The notes: generated by a model from the letters alone, not told the origin. A stretch of DNA of 63,461 nt from Bacteroidia bacterium (GCA_030538215.1 JAUNUM010000001.1:1-63461), one strand, 5' to 3'. Positions 48,711-59,731 are shown, numbered from the stretch's first letter. Numbers and translations are program-made.

Positions 48711-50474
48711 TTGATTATGGAAATACAACTATTTATATATATTGCCAAGGTAAATGTTGCTTTGCTGCTTTTTTACCTGCTGTATATTACAGTTTTTCGT
48801 CATGACACTTTCATCCGGTTTCGGCGAATCTATCTGTTATCAGCAATTGTATTTACACTTATCTATCCATTTTTCAGCATTAATGCTTTGGGCGAATTAT
48901 TCACTTTCCCCACATCTCGCACAGCGGTTGAAGCTTCCATTCTTATAGATAAACCCACCGCGATTCTCATTGCAGAAGAAAGTGTTTCTGGTTTTTCTAT
49001 TCCCTGGAAAACTATCGGTATTAGTATTCTGATATTAGGAACATTGTTTTTTACCATCCGTTTTTTGTGGCAGGTAATCTCTATTTTGCGAATTCGTTAT
49101 CGAAGTGAAAAGAAAATCGTTTCTGGATACTACATATACAACCTCTCTGATGACATAACTCCTTTCTCGTTCTTCCAATGGATTTTCCTCCATACGGAAT
49201 CGTATTCCGAAGAGGAGTTACAACAAATTCTTTTTCACGAATATACTCACGCCCGACAATGGCATTCCGTAGATATTATTTTGTCGGAATTACTTTGCAT
49301 CCTCTTTTGGTGGAATCCGGCGGTGTGGCTCATAAAGCGTGAAATTACCATAAACTTGGAATATCTTGCCGATAATGATGTATTGCTTCACGGCATCAAC
49401 AGCAAGGAGTATCAGTATCACCTTCTTAAATTAACTTATCACAAAACTGCAGTTCAGATAGGAAATAATTTTAATGTATCACAATTAAAAAAACGAATTA
49501 TGATGATGAACAAAACCAAATCACCAGCTATGAAACTGGCAAAGTATCTGCTGGTAGTCCCTCTCACGTTTTTGCTGATAACTTTGAACAGTTGTTTGAG
49601 CAAAGAAAAGAAAAATGATGAAAATACAACTACCGAAACAATAAGTTCTCTACCCGATACTTCGGACGCTTCACCTGAAGTATCGGCAGAAGAACCCAAA
49701 GGCGAAGTTTATGTAGTTGTAGAAGAGCAGCCAACTTACCCTGAAGGTAACGCAGCAATGATGAAGTTTCTGGGCGACAATATAAAATATCCGGTAGAAG
49801 CTCAAGAAAAGAAGATTCAAGGACGGGTTATTGCCAATTTTGTAGTGGAAAAAGATGGCAGCCTGTCCGATATCCAAGTCGTTCGCGGTGTTGATCCGTT
49901 GTTAGATGCCGAAGCTATCCGAGTGCTTAAATTGATGCCGAATTGGAAACCAGGAAAGCAAAGCGGAGAGAATGTTCGCGTAAGATTCACGTTTCCGGTG
50001 GTATTCCGGTTACAATCAGACGGACAAAATACTTTGGTGCCACCGCCACCTCCTCCACCACCACTTCCTCACGATAAAAAAACCTCGGTAGCGCCTTCAC
50101 CACCTCCACCATCTCCTGCCCATGGGAAAACTGCCGAAGAGCTAAAGAATACAAATGAAGTTTTTATAGTAGTGGAAAAACAGCCCGAATTTCCCGAAGG
50201 CAATGCAGCAATGATGAGATTCTTAAACGACAATATAAAATATCCGGCGGAAGCGAAGGAGAAGAGGATTCAAGGGCGTGTAATTGTTAACTTCATAGTA
50301 GATAAAGATGGCAGTCTTACCGATATTACCGTTGTTCGCGGCACAAATCCATTACTTGATGCTGAAGCCATTAGAGTTATCCAAGCAATGCCCAATTGGA
50401 AGCCGGGTATGCAAAGAGGGCAGGTGGTAAGGGTAAGATTTACATTGTCTGTAGTTTTTAAATTACAAAAATAA
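48711..50474 (+). CDS. BlaR1-like M56 peptidase / signal transducer fused to two TonB C-terminal domains
   Basis: Four N-terminal TM helices, an HEXXH (HEYTHARQWH), Pro-rich linkers (PPPPPPPPLP), and two about 90-aa TonB_C-like repeats (…GNAAMM.FL.DNIKYP.EA.EK.IQGRVI.NF.V.KDGSL.DI.VVRG…). The likely ATG is at 48717. Confidence 0.75.
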   Translation: MIMEIQLFIYIAKVNVALLLFYLLYITVFRHDTFIRFRRIYLLSAIVFTLIYPFFSINALGELFTFPTSRTAVEASILIDKPTAILIAEESVSGFSIPWKTIGISILILGTLFFTIRFLWQVISILRIRYRSEKKIVSGYYIYNLSDDITPFSFFQWIFLHTESYSEEELQQILFHEYTHARQWHSVDIILSELLCILFWWNPAVWLIKREITINLEYLADNDVLLHGINSKEYQYHLLKLTYHKTAVQIGNNFNVSQLKKRIMMMNKTKSPAMKLAKYLLVVPLTFLLITLNSCLSKEKKNDENTTTETISSLPDTSDASPEVSAEEPKGEVYVVVEEQPTYPEGNAAMMKFLGDNIKYPVEAQEKKIQGRVIANFVVEKDGSLSDIQVVRGVDPLLDAEAIRVLKLMPNWKPGKQSGENVRVRFTFPVVFRLQSDGQNTLVPPPPPPPPLPHDKKTSVAPSPPPPSPAHGKTAEELKNTNEVFIVVEKQPEFPEGNAAMMRFLNDNIKYPAEAKEKRIQGRVIVNFIVDKDGSLTDITVVRGTNPLLDAEAIRVIQAMPNWKPGMQRGQVVRVRFTLSVVFKLQK

Positions 50475-50632
50475 CTCAAAAAAATCAACATCATCAATAG
50501 ACAAATTACAAAAAAGCATTGATGATAATGGCTTATAGAAAAAAGAAAGATAACCCAATCTTTTGTTAATCAATTCTCAAAAATCGGAGAAAGTATGCAG
50601 AGTAGCTTTCTCCGGTTTTACCACTTAAAACA

Positions 50633-51949
50633 TTGCTTATGAGAACCAAGTTCACAATTTCAGTTGTTTTGATGATTATGTCAGTTTCCGTGTCGGCACA
50701 AACGCCTACGGCACATGATTTAATGCAGCAATTTCGCTATAAGGAAGTCATTGAATCGCTCGAAAATCAACCCGAAACTATCGAAAATTTGTTACTTAAA
50801 GCAGAAAGTTATGAAAAACTGTACAACTTTACCAATGCATTCATCATTTACCAGCAGCTTTTACAAATCAATCCCGATGATATTGATCTCATAACTGCTA
50901 CTGCCGAATGTGCGTCTCAAGCAGGCAACACAGAACAGGCGCTGCAATACTGGATAAAAGCCGACAGTTTATCGCCCAACAATCTGTTTCTACAAACAAA
51001 AAAAGCGATGGCTTATTATAGAAATACCAATTGGCAAAAAACTATTGAGAGTGCTCAAACGGTCTTTCAAACCGATTCCATTCCACTACTTCTTCGAATG
51101 ACGGGCGATGCATTTCAAAATCTGAGCGACCCTATTTGGGCAAACTATTATTACACGAAAGCCTACGAAAAAAATCCATCAGATCATATTTCACTCAATC
51201 GAATTTGTGAATACTTTTACGCCATGCAAGAAGAGGGTTATGATACAGTGGCAACCATGACCGAAAAGTATTTGAACGAAATAAATCCCAATCAAATCTC
51301 TATTGGACAGATGAACGGAATGGCAAATTATTCGAGCGGAAATTTCGATAAAGCAATTGAGCGATTAAAAGCGAACGTGGAGCTGGGCGACAGTTCATAT
51401 ACTACCACCTATTTCTTGGGAATGAGCAATTACGCCAAAAACTGGTATTACGAAGCCATAAAATGGCTCGATATGGCTTACAACCGTATTCGGAAAAACA
51501 AAGATGTGAATATGTATTACTACTATGGAACTGCACTTGGAAAGGTAAAAAACCAAAAAAAATCGGTAGAAGTGCTGCAAGAAGGAATAGATATGATAAA
51601 TGAAACATCTGAAAAACTATTCGGTTTCGATATTTCGATGGCTGAAACTTACCAACAGTCGAACAACCCAAAGGCAATAGGATATTATCTGTCAGCTTAC
51701 AAACGTCAATCCGATATGCATAACCTGCTGTACAGCATCGCTCATGCCTATGACACGATGAAAGATTATAAAAATGCCATTATCTACTATGAACGTTTTC
51801 TAAAAACTGCTCCTAAAGATATTGATGTCAATAACTCTTCTCTCGCCGAAAGCGAAAAAATAGATATGAGATTTTTTCATTATATCAATAGCCTCAAGCG
51901 CATAAAAGAACTACAAGAGAAGTTATTTATGCAATCGGGGAAGAAGTAA
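50633..51949 (+). CDS. secreted tetratricopeptide-repeat protein (hypothetical)
   Basis: Signal peptide and multiple TPR-like helical repeats. Confidence 0.5.
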   Translation: MLMRTKFTISVVLMIMSVSVSAQTPTAHDLMQQFRYKEVIESLENQPETIENLLLKAESYEKLYNFTNAFIIYQQLLQINPDDIDLITATAECASQAGNTEQALQYWIKADSLSPNNLFLQTKKAMAYYRNTNWQKTIESAQTVFQTDSIPLLLRMTGDAFQNLSDPIWANYYYTKAYEKNPSDHISLNRICEYFYAMQEEGYDTVATMTEKYLNEINPNQISIGQMNGMANYSSGNFDKAIERLKANVELGDSSYTTTYFLGMSNYAKNWYYEAIKWLDMAYNRIRKNKDVNMYYYYGTALGKVKNQKKSVEVLQEGIDMINETSEKLFGFDISMAETYQQSNNPKAIGYYLSAYKRQSDMHNLLYSIAHAYDTMKDYKNAIIYYERFLKTAPKDIDVNNSSLAESEKIDMRFFHYINSLKRIKELQEKLFMQSGKK

Positions 51950-52225
51950 ATCCTGTCGGTTCTTTCCGCAAAAAAATAGATTTCTCAAAAATATCAGTAT
52001 CAATAAAATATAAATTGAGCTTAAATTTGCATTTTTCAATTCGGCTATAACTACTCCAACAAACAACCTGACTTCAAGAAGTTTTCCATTGAAATTCATA
52101 TCGTTTATCGTTAAATCATCTTTTTACGATAGAAGCAAGATTTTAATATTAGGTCAACATAGAAAAATTAGCATAACCTTAATTATTTTCGTCTAAAAAC
52201 TCTTTGTTAATTACTTGAAATATTG

Positions 52226-52233
52226 TAACTTTG
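52226..52233 (+). promoter_or_regulatory. candidate promoter for rplM-rpsI (-7 TAACTTTG with TTTG at 52203-52206)
   Basis: TAnnTTTG and an upstream TTTG spaced about 20 bp apart; this would give a roughly 130-nt leader. Confidence 0.4.
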
Positions 52234-52370
52234 CAGTCCGATTATTAAAATTATCTATTTAAGAGTTTGATTTATAGCTTTTTATTTGCCATTTAGTCCC
52301 TTAGCCAGACAAAACGGGGAGCGAAAGTCTAAACTTAAAATTTTATTAAACGATTTAAAAACTAAAAAAA

Positions 52371-52826
52371 GTGAACACTTTAAGTTATAAAACCATCTCC
52401 GTTAACAAAGAAACGGCTCAGAAAGAATGGGTTTTGGTTGATGCAAGCGGTCAATCTTTGGGACGAATCAGTTCTAAAGTGGCAAAATTGCTAAGAGGTA
52501 AATATAAACCAAGCTTTACTCCGCACGTGGATTGTGGCGATAACGTAATTATCGTGAATGCCGACAAAGTTGAACTTACGGGCAATAAATGGACAGACAG
52601 AGTTTATTACCGCCACTCGGGTTATCCGGGCGGACAAAAACAATCTACTCCTGCCGATTTAATGAAAAAAAGCCCCGACAGGCTTTTCCGCAAAGTGGTG
52701 AAAGGCATGTTGCCAAAAAATAAACTTGGCGATGCCATTCTAAATAATCTTTACGTGTATGCCGGAAACGAACATCCGCATCAAGCTCAAAAACCAAAAC
52801 AAATAGATATTAATACACTCAAATAA
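52371..52826 (+). CDS. rplM: 50S ribosomal protein L13
   Basis: Conserved L13 N-terminus (…EWVLVDASGQSLGRISSKVAKLLRGK…). Confidence 0.95.
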   Translation: MNTLSYKTISVNKETAQKEWVLVDASGQSLGRISSKVAKLLRGKYKPSFTPHVDCGDNVIIVNADKVELTGNKWTDRVYYRHSGYPGGQKQSTPADLMKKSPDRLFRKVVKGMLPKNKLGDAILNNLYVYAGNEHPHQAQKPKQIDINTLK

Positions 52827-52830
52827 TAAG

Positions 52831-53217
52831 ATGGACGTAATAAATTCAATTGGAAGACGCAAAGCCGCTGTAGCTCGTGTATTTATGAGCGAAGGTTCGG
52901 GCAAGATCGTTATCAACAAACGCGAACTCGAAAATTATTTCCCTTCATCCATTCTGCAGTTTATCGTAAAACAACCGTTGAACAAGCTCAACGTAACTGA
53001 AAAATACGATATCAAAATCAATCTGCACGGCGGTGGTTATAAAGGACAATCCGAAGCTGCCAGACTGGCAATTGCTCGCGCATTGGTAAAATTAAACCCC
53101 GAAGACAAATCTGCTTTAAGAGCCGAAGGCTTTATGACTCGCGATCCTCGCGTTGTTGAACGTAAAAAGCCAGGTCGTCCCGGAGCAAGAAAGAGATTCC
53201 AGTTCTCGAAACGTTAA
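52831..53217 (+). CDS. rpsI: 30S ribosomal protein S9
   Basis: GGGYKGQSEA motif and the C-terminal RKKPGRPGARKRFQFSKR. Confidence 0.95.
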   Translation: MDVINSIGRRKAAVARVFMSEGSGKIVINKRELENYFPSSILQFIVKQPLNKLNVTEKYDIKINLHGGGYKGQSEAARLAIARALVKLNPEDKSALRAEGFMTRDPRVVERKKPGRPGARKRFQFSKR

Positions 53218-53400
53218 TTTTTGGATATATTCTCCGGTTTTTTTGCCGGAAAAATATATAAGAGCCGCATAAGTTCGGTTCCACTTAGTGACGTTTAGTA
53301 TCTAAATTGTGAGGATATTATTGAGAAAAAAGTATCGATAACCTACCTTACAATTCGACTAAGAAAAAGAATGTAAACGAATAAAAATTTAAAACAAACA

Positions 53401-54258
53401 ATGGCAAAATTAGAATTTGACCAACTACTCGAAGCCGGAGCACACTTCGGCCACCTGAAAAGGAAATGGAATCCCGCAATGGCTCCCTACATTTTTATGG
53501 AGCGTAACGGCATTCATATTATCGACCTCTACAAAACGATTGCAAAAGCCGAAGAAGCCGGAGCAGCATTGAAACAAATTGCCAAATCGGGCAAAAAAGT
53601 ACTTTTTGTTGCTACCAAAAAACAGGCAAAACCCGTTATTGAAGAAAAAGCGCTAAACATCAACATGCCCTACGTTATCGAACGTTGGCCAGGCGGTATG
53701 CTTACCAACTTCCCCACCATTCGCAAAGCGGTGAAGAAAATGAGCAATATCGATAAAATGATTAAAGACGGTACGTTTGACACGTTGTCGAAACGTGAAA
53801 AACTACAAATCACTCGCCAGCGTGCGAAACTCGAAAAAATGCTCGGTTCAATTCAAGACCTTACCCGTTTGCCTTCGGCAATTTTTGTTGTGGATGTGAT
53901 GAAAGAACATATCGCAGTAAAAGAAGCCAACAAACTTGGTATTCCCGTGTTTGGTATTGTTGATACTAACTCCGATCCCCACGATATCGATTTTGTAATC
54001 CCTGCAAACGACGATGCAGCAAAAGCCATAGACATGATTCTTGGATATCTTTGCGAAGCAATAAAAGAAGGCTTGGAAGAGCGTAAAATTGAAAAAGCTG
54101 ATGCTAATGCGGCAGAGGATCAGGAAGAAGAAGGTGCAACTCCACGTAGAGAAAGAAAATCGAAAGTGGCTAAAAAAGAGCGTGTTAAGAAAGAAGACAA
54201 AGATGCTATAAATGCATCTGTTGTAAGCAAATACGCTAAAGACGTTGACGAAGAATAA
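53401..54258 (+). CDS. rpsB: 30S ribosomal protein S2
   Basis: LLEAGAHFGHLKRKWNPAMAPYIF N-terminus; followed by tsf. Confidence 0.95.
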   Translation: MAKLEFDQLLEAGAHFGHLKRKWNPAMAPYIFMERNGIHIIDLYKTIAKAEEAGAALKQIAKSGKKVLFVATKKQAKPVIEEKALNINMPYVIERWPGGMLTNFPTIRKAVKKMSNIDKMIKDGTFDTLSKREKLQITRQRAKLEKMLGSIQDLTRLPSAIFVVDVMKEHIAVKEANKLGIPVFGIVDTNSDPHDIDFVIPANDDAAKAIDMILGYLCEAIKEGLEERKIEKADANAAEDQEEEGATPRRERKSKVAKKERVKKEDKDAINASVVSKYAKDVDEE

Positions 54259-54294
54259 ATATAAACAGATATCAGACAAAAGATATCAGAATTT

Positions 54295-54318
54295 GTAGAG
54301 ACGGTGCGTGCACCGTCT
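54295..54318. repeat. palindrome-family copy downstream of rpsB
   Basis: gtagagacggtgcgtgcaccgtct, nested in an outer agatatcaga / tctgatatct inverted repeat (54281-54355). Confidence 0.6.
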
Positions 54319-54389
54319 AACTTCTGAAATCTGACAGCAAAGCGGTCTGATATCTAAAAAAAGAAAACAATTAATAAAACATAGGAAAA

Positions 54390-55208
54390 ATGGCAGTTAC
54401 AATGGCAGATATCCAACATTTACGCAAGATGACAGGTGCGGGAATGATGGATTGCAAAAGTGCACTAAACGAAGCGAACGGCGACTTCGATAAAGCTGTA
54501 GAGATAATTCGCAAAAAAGGACAGGCTGTTGCCGCCAAACGCGAAGATCGTGAAGCAAGCGAAGGTTGTGTACTTGCAAAAACACAAGGAAACTACGCTG
54601 CGGTAGTAGCGTTGCAATGCGAAACCGACTTTGTTGCTAAAAACGAAGAATTCATTGCATTGACTCAACAAATATTAGACGCAGCTATCGAACATAAACC
54701 CGAAACATTAGACGACTTGCTGAAAGTAAAGCTTTCCAACGGAACCGTTCAGCAGTTAATTATGGATAAAATTGGCGCTACCGGAGAAAAAATGGAATTA
54801 GGTTATTTCGAACATATTTCCGCTCCATCAGTAGTTTCGTATATCCACATGGGTAATAAATTGGCTACTATTGTCGGTTTCAACAAAGAAGTATCTGAAA
54901 ACGTGGCAAAAGACGTGGCTATGCAAGTAGCAGCCATGAACCCGATTTCGGTTACTCCCGATAGTATTCCGGCAGACGTAAAAGAAAAAGAACTGGAAAT
55001 TGCTCGCGAAAAAGCACGTGAAGCAGGAAAACCTGAAAACTTGTTAGACAGAATCGCCGAAGGCGCTTTGCAGAAATTCTACAAAGAATCTACTCTATTA
55101 CAACAAGAGTATGTAAAAGACGGAAAGATTACTATTGAGCAATTCCTAAAACAAAACGATAAAGACTTAACTGTAAACATTTTCAAACGTGTATCGTTGA
55201 ACGTGTAA
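54390..55208 (+). CDS. tsf: translation elongation factor Ts
   Basis: LRKMTGAGMMDCKSAL UBA-like N-terminus. Confidence 0.9.
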   Translation: MAVTMADIQHLRKMTGAGMMDCKSALNEANGDFDKAVEIIRKKGQAVAAKREDREASEGCVLAKTQGNYAAVVALQCETDFVAKNEEFIALTQQILDAAIEHKPETLDDLLKVKLSNGTVQQLIMDKIGATGEKMELGYFEHISAPSVVSYIHMGNKLATIVGFNKEVSENVAKDVAMQVAAMNPISVTPDSIPADVKEKELEIAREKAREAGKPENLLDRIAEGALQKFYKESTLLQQEYVKDGKITIEQFLKQNDKDLTVNIFKRVSLNV

Positions 55209-55242
55209 AACACTGATAATCTTTATCGATATCTAATAGTCA

Positions 55243-55280
55243 ATAAGGGCGCCACATGAAGTAGCGCCCTTATTATTTTT
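55243..55280 (+). terminator. rho-independent terminator between tsf and tal
   Basis: aataagggcgc / gcgcccttatt 11-bp stem followed by a T5 run. Confidence 0.55.
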
Positions 55281-55306
55281 GCTCGAAAATCAGAAACTGT
55301 TTTGCA

Positions 55307-56263
55307 TCACAGTAGTTTTTCAATCTGTTTTTCCAATTTAATCAAATCTTTGGTAAAGTTGCGAATACCTTCGGCTAGTTTTTCGGTAGCCATGGCATCT
55401 TCATTCATCATCCATCGGAAAGTTTTTTCGTCAACGGTGATTTTTTCAATATCCATTTTGCGGGCTCTATCGGTATCCAGTTTTTTAGTTAATGTGCCTT
55501 CGGTTGCTTCCAGCTCTTTCAACAACGATGGAGAAATAGTAAGCAAATCACTGCCCGCCAACTCACAAATTTCGCCGATATTACGAAAACTTGCACCCAT
55601 CACCTGAGTTGGATAACCAAATTTCTTGTAGTAATTAAAAATATTGGTTACCGATGTCACTCCGGGATCTTCTACAGCCGGAATATCGGATACTCCCCTG
55701 TCTTTTTTGTACCAGTCGAGAATTCTTCCCACAAACGGAGAAATCAATCGAACACCCGCTTCGGCACAAGCAATGGCTTGCACTTGCGAGAAAAGCAACG
55801 TCAAATTACAACGTATTCCTTCTTTCTCCACAATTTCAGCCGCCTTTATTCCCTCCCACGTGGAAGCAATTTTTATCAGCACTCTTTCACGAGAAATTCC
55901 GGCCGATTCGTACAGCCCAATAATTTCACGAGCCTTGGCAACAGTTGCTTCCGCATCGAAAGACAATCGGGCATCTACTTCTGTTGAAACCCTCCCCGGA
56001 ACTATTTTCAAAATTTCCAATCCAAAATTTACGGCTAATTTATCCATCGCTTTGGATAGCTGCTCCGATTTATCTGATGATGTTTTTCTTGCAAAATCAA
56101 TAGCATCGTCAATCAGATGTTTATATTTAACCTCTTGCGATGCCGCATAGATTAACGATGGATTTGTAGTAGCATCCACAGGCTGATAAGCTTCTATCGA
56201 TGAGAAATCACCCGTATCAGCAACTACCAAAGTATAAGTTTTCAGTTGTTCAAGCAGATTCAT
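55307..56263 (-). CDS. tal: transaldolase
   Basis: LVVADTGDF and TTNPSLI N-terminal motifs and an active-site Lys region (…[11 protein letters not shown]…). Confidence 0.85.
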   Translation of the reverse strand: MNLLEQLKTYTLVVADTGDFSSIEAYQPVDATTNPSLIYAASQEVKYKHLIDDAIDFARKTSSDKSEQLSKAMDKLAVNFGLEILKIVPGRVSTEVDARLSFDAEATVAKAREIIGLYESAGISRERVLIKIASTWEGIKAAEIVEKEGIRCNLTLLFSQVQAIACAEAGVRLISPFVGRILDWYKKDRGVSDIPAVEDPGVTSVTNIFNYYKKFGYPTQVMGASFRNIGEICELAGSDLLTISPSLLKELEATEGTLTKKLDTDRARKMDIEKITVDEKTFRWMMNEDAMATEKLAEGIRNFTKDLIKLEKQIEKLL

Positions 56264-56313
56264 AATGCTGATATATTTAATTTAATAATAAAAAAACGCC
56301 GCGCAATATTCAC

Positions 56314-57972
56314 TTATTCCGTTTCAGTTAAAACATTGGTTTCCGTATCATCCGAGCCAGTCTCTTCGAGCTGCTCTTTCAGATAATTGGATATAATACT
56401 GGAATTTTCTTTGGCTTGGGTAGTGGTTTCAGCCACTTCTTGCACAGGTTTGGGTTGTTCAACTTTAATGGTATTCTTACGAACAACTAATCTTTTTCCA
56501 ACAGAAATCTTGTCCGATTTCAACCCGTTCCACGATTTCAGTTGAGCCACTGTTACCTTATTTTTTTGAGCTATTTTACCCAAATTATCGCCGCTTCGAA
56601 CCCGATAATATTCGTTCGTTGTCTTCGTAACAATCTCCGAATTTCCTGTTTGCTCCGCCACGGGTGCTTTGTCGGTTTGAGATGGCGTAGTTGACCGTGT
56701 AACTGCTCTTCTCCCAACAATAAGACTCTTTCCTACGGAAATCTTGGTTGATCGCAAGTTATTCCACGCCATTAATTGTTTAACTGTTATTCTATTTTTA
56801 GATGCAATCTTCGAGAGATTATCACCTCTTTTCACCCTGTAATAAACATCTGCTCCACCGCCGGACACCGAACTTCCGGTCGAAACCAAATATCGATCCG
56901 TATTTTCACGATGTGTGATAAAATCATTTTTGCGATAATTTGTTATTTCATTTTTTTTCTCTAAAAATGCATAAACTTTATTGGTGGGCAATACAAGCGC
57001 ATAATCCTGATAATTGCCTGGAACCACGTCTTTCTTAAATTGTGGATTCCATCGGCGAATATCGCTCAAAGGAATGTTTAAAACCTCAGCTATCTGGTTA
57101 AAGTGCATTTGATTATTAACATGTACCGTATCAAGTGCGGCCATGCCTTGAAATGATTCTACAGGACAAATATTGTGTTTATCGTAGAAATTCATAATGT
57201 AATTAGCCGCGATAAAAGCAGGAACATAACCCCGTGTTTCGCGCGGTAAATTATAATATATTTGCCAATAATCTCGTTTCCCACCGCTTCGGGTAATGGC
57301 TTTGTTTACGTTACCCGGCCCGCAGTTGTAAGCAGCAATAACCAAGTTCCAGTCACCATAAATCGCATACAAATCTCTTAAATATCGTACTGCAGCTTCG
57401 GTTGATTTGTGCGGATCACGACGTTCATCAACAAGGCTATTTACCTGAAGACCATATCCTCGTCCTGTTCTGAGCATAAACTGCCACAATCCGGTTGCTC
57501 CAACTCTTGAAACAGCTACAGGATTAAGCGCCGACTCAATCACCGGCAAATATTTCAGTTCCAACGGTAATCCATGCTTGTCAAGCGCTTCTTCGAACAT
57601 CGGAAAATAATAATTACCGATAGTGAGCATATATCCTACCATATCGCGACGGCGATTGGCATACATCTCAATATATTGCTTTACTACCTGATTAAATGAT
57701 AACTCCATTTCCGTAGGGATGTCGTAAAGGCGCTTGGCATAAATACTATCGTGAAACAACACGTTAGAACCTTGCCTGCATTTGTCATTCGATCTAGAAA
57801 AATCGATCTGCCACTCGTGTAATAGAGTAGCCAATTGCTTATTAAGGCTTTCGGGTGCAACAATGGAGTTATCCTGAATGTTGTCTTTGTTTTGTTGCGA
57901 ATTTTCCTGTGCAAAAGTGCTTGTTACACTTATCATTGCACACGAAAACAGGATCAAAAAAGTTTTTTTCAT
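56314..57972 (-). CDS. membrane-bound lytic murein transglycosylase D-like (SLT domain plus two LysM domains)
   Basis: Signal peptide, SLT catalytic region (ESALNPVAVSRVGATGLWQFM), and two C-terminal LysM repeats (YRVKRGDNLSKIA…, YRVRSGDNLGKIA…). Confidence 0.75.
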   Translation of the reverse strand: MKKTFLILFSCAMISVTSTFAQENSQQNKDNIQDNSIVAPESLNKQLATLLHEWQIDFSRSNDKCRQGSNVLFHDSIYAKRLYDIPTEMELSFNQVVKQYIEMYANRRRDMVGYMLTIGNYYFPMFEEALDKHGLPLELKYLPVIESALNPVAVSRVGATGLWQFMLRTGRGYGLQVNSLVDERRDPHKSTEAAVRYLRDLYAIYGDWNLVIAAYNCGPGNVNKAITRSGGKRDYWQIYYNLPRETRGYVPAFIAANYIMNFYDKHNICPVESFQGMAALDTVHVNNQMHFNQIAEVLNIPLSDIRRWNPQFKKDVVPGNYQDYALVLPTNKVYAFLEKKNEITNYRKNDFITHRENTDRYLVSTGSSVSGGGADVYYRVKRGDNLSKIASKNRITVKQLMAWNNLRSTKISVGKSLIVGRRAVTRSTTPSQTDKAPVAEQTGNSEIVTKTTNEYYRVRSGDNLGKIAQKNKVTVAQLKSWNGLKSDKISVGKRLVVRKNTIKVEQPKPVQEVAETTTQAKENSSIISNYLKEQLEETGSDDTETNVLTETE

Positions 57973-58017
57973 TCGTTCTATTTCAGGGAAATTCTCGAAG
58001 AACTTCCTATTTGTGAG

Positions 58018-58755
58018 TTAAAAACTAAAACTACATCTAAATCCGTAAGAGTTTGCAAGGTAATCCGAATCTGTTTTTTTTAAAATTACCGGTTCCACAC
58101 GCATCGATAAATTGGGACTTACATCAAACTCAAATAATTGTGCATCCACATAAGCATCTATAATTCCAAGTCCGTACCACGCTACGGTTAAAATAATACT
58201 TAAATCTCGATAATATCGAAAGTAATTTTTTTTGTCTTTCAATACTCCTGCAAACCATTTTGTATCGGCTGTTGCAGGGTTCATGCTATAAGGAAGCAAT
58301 CTATGCCAAACATGATCGTTGTCCGGATTATCGTCCAATATTGCTTTTTGTCCCTCAAAATAATCCTGATAGTGGCTGTTATTCCAGGTTATGGCATAAG
58401 TAAATCCTATAAATCCACCATAAAGTATAGGTAATTTCCAGTATTTTCGGTTGTATATTTGTCCCAGTCCCGGGAAAATAGCCGAATAAAGAATTGCTTT
58501 CTTCGGATCGGGTTTAAAACTCTTCTTCTCTACGGTTAATATTTTTGGAGGTAATACGTTCAGCACAGAGTCGGATGATTTGGGTAAAATAATATTTTCC
58601 GCTTCATTTTTTATGGAATCCGTTTGTAGCACGACCGTTGAATCTATATTTATTTTTATGGAGTCGGGGTGCTGTGGAACTATGTTCTGCTGCGCCGTTA
58701 ATGGTAAAGCGATACTTATGAGCAATAGACAAACAATGTTCCGGTATCTCAGCAT
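58018..58755 (-). CDS. hypothetical secreted/membrane protein (DUF5683-like)
   Basis: Signal peptide and a conserved AIFPGLGQIYNRKYWK segment; located just downstream of parB. Confidence 0.4.
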   Translation of the reverse strand: MLRYRNIVCLLLISIALPLTAQQNIVPQHPDSIKINIDSTVVLQTDSIKNEAENIILPKSSDSVLNVLPPKILTVEKKSFKPDPKKAILYSAIFPGLGQIYNRKYWKLPILYGGFIGFTYAITWNNSHYQDYFEGQKAILDDNPDNDHVWHRLLPYSMNPATADTKWFAGVLKDKKNYFRYYRDLSIILTVAWYGLGIIDAYVDAQLFEFDVSPNLSMRVEPVILKKTDSDYLANSYGFRCSFSF

Positions 58756-58760
58756 AAATA

Positions 58761-59663
58761 TTATTTCTTCATTGTATCAAATATCCCGATAATTCGCTCC
58801 AAATCTTCGGTAGATGAAAACGGAATAGTTATTCTTCCTCTTCCGCTTTTGGTGTAGTTGAATTGAACATCGGTCTTAAAATAATTGGATAAATGCTGTT
58901 TCAGTGCTTCAAAATCATCAGTAAGCGATTTTTTTGGACTTGTGCTCTGTTTTTTACTTTCTTTCTTGATCAATTTTTCGTCAAACGGTTTTCCATCAGA
59001 GTATTCACGCACGATCGTTTCTACGCGTCGAACCGATAATCCATCTTCCAAAATAAGATTGTACAGCGAAAGTTGTGCCACCGGATCGTTCATTGTAACC
59101 AACGCACGTGCGTGCCCCATATCTATCTTTTTGTCTTTCACTCCCATTTGCACTTCGGCCGGCAGTTTCAACAATCGCAGATAATTGGTAATGGTTGTAC
59201 GTTTTTTCCCTACTCTTTCGCTGAGTTGCTCTTGAGTAAGCGAAAGCGAATCGATAAGATTTTGGTATGCCAAAGCAATTTCAATGGAGTTAAGGTCTTC
59301 GCGCTGAATATTTTCCACTAAAGCCATTTCCATCAGTTCATTGTCATCGGCAGCTTTTATATAAGCCGGAACTGAAGTTAAGCCAGCCTTTAGAGAAGCT
59401 CTGTAACGGCGTTCTCCGGCAATAATCTGATAAGAATCATCTCCTTCACGACGCAGTGTTATTGGCTGAATAAGGCCAATTTTGCGAATGGATATAGCCA
59501 ACTCTTCCAGTGATTCTTCGTCGAAAACACGGCGCGGTTGGTCAGGATTAGCAAATATTTTCGAAAGCTCTACCTCGCTAATAGATGTAGAACCTTGAGT
59601 TTCGCCCTCATTATAAGTAATAAGCGCATCTAAACCTCTTCCAAGTGCGTTCTTTTTTGCCAT
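58761..59663 (-). CDS. parB: ParB/Spo0J chromosome partitioning protein
   Basis: ParB box GERRYRA and an HTH region. Confidence 0.85.
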   Translation of the reverse strand: MAKKNALGRGLDALITYNEGETQGSTSISEVELSKIFANPDQPRRVFDEESLEELAISIRKIGLIQPITLRREGDDSYQIIAGERRYRASLKAGLTSVPAYIKAADDNELMEMALVENIQREDLNSIEIALAYQNLIDSLSLTQEQLSERVGKKRTTITNYLRLLKLPAEVQMGVKDKKIDMGHARALVTMNDPVAQLSLYNLILEDGLSVRRVETIVREYSDGKPFDEKLIKKESKKQSTSPKKSLTDDFEALKQHLSNYFKTDVQFNYTKSGRGRITIPFSSTEDLERIIGIFDTMKK

Positions 59664-59731
59664 ATTTTTTTAAATATCGAATGTTAGATAACAGGATAAG
59701 TACGGTGTGTTATCTTTCTAAAACGCCAAAG

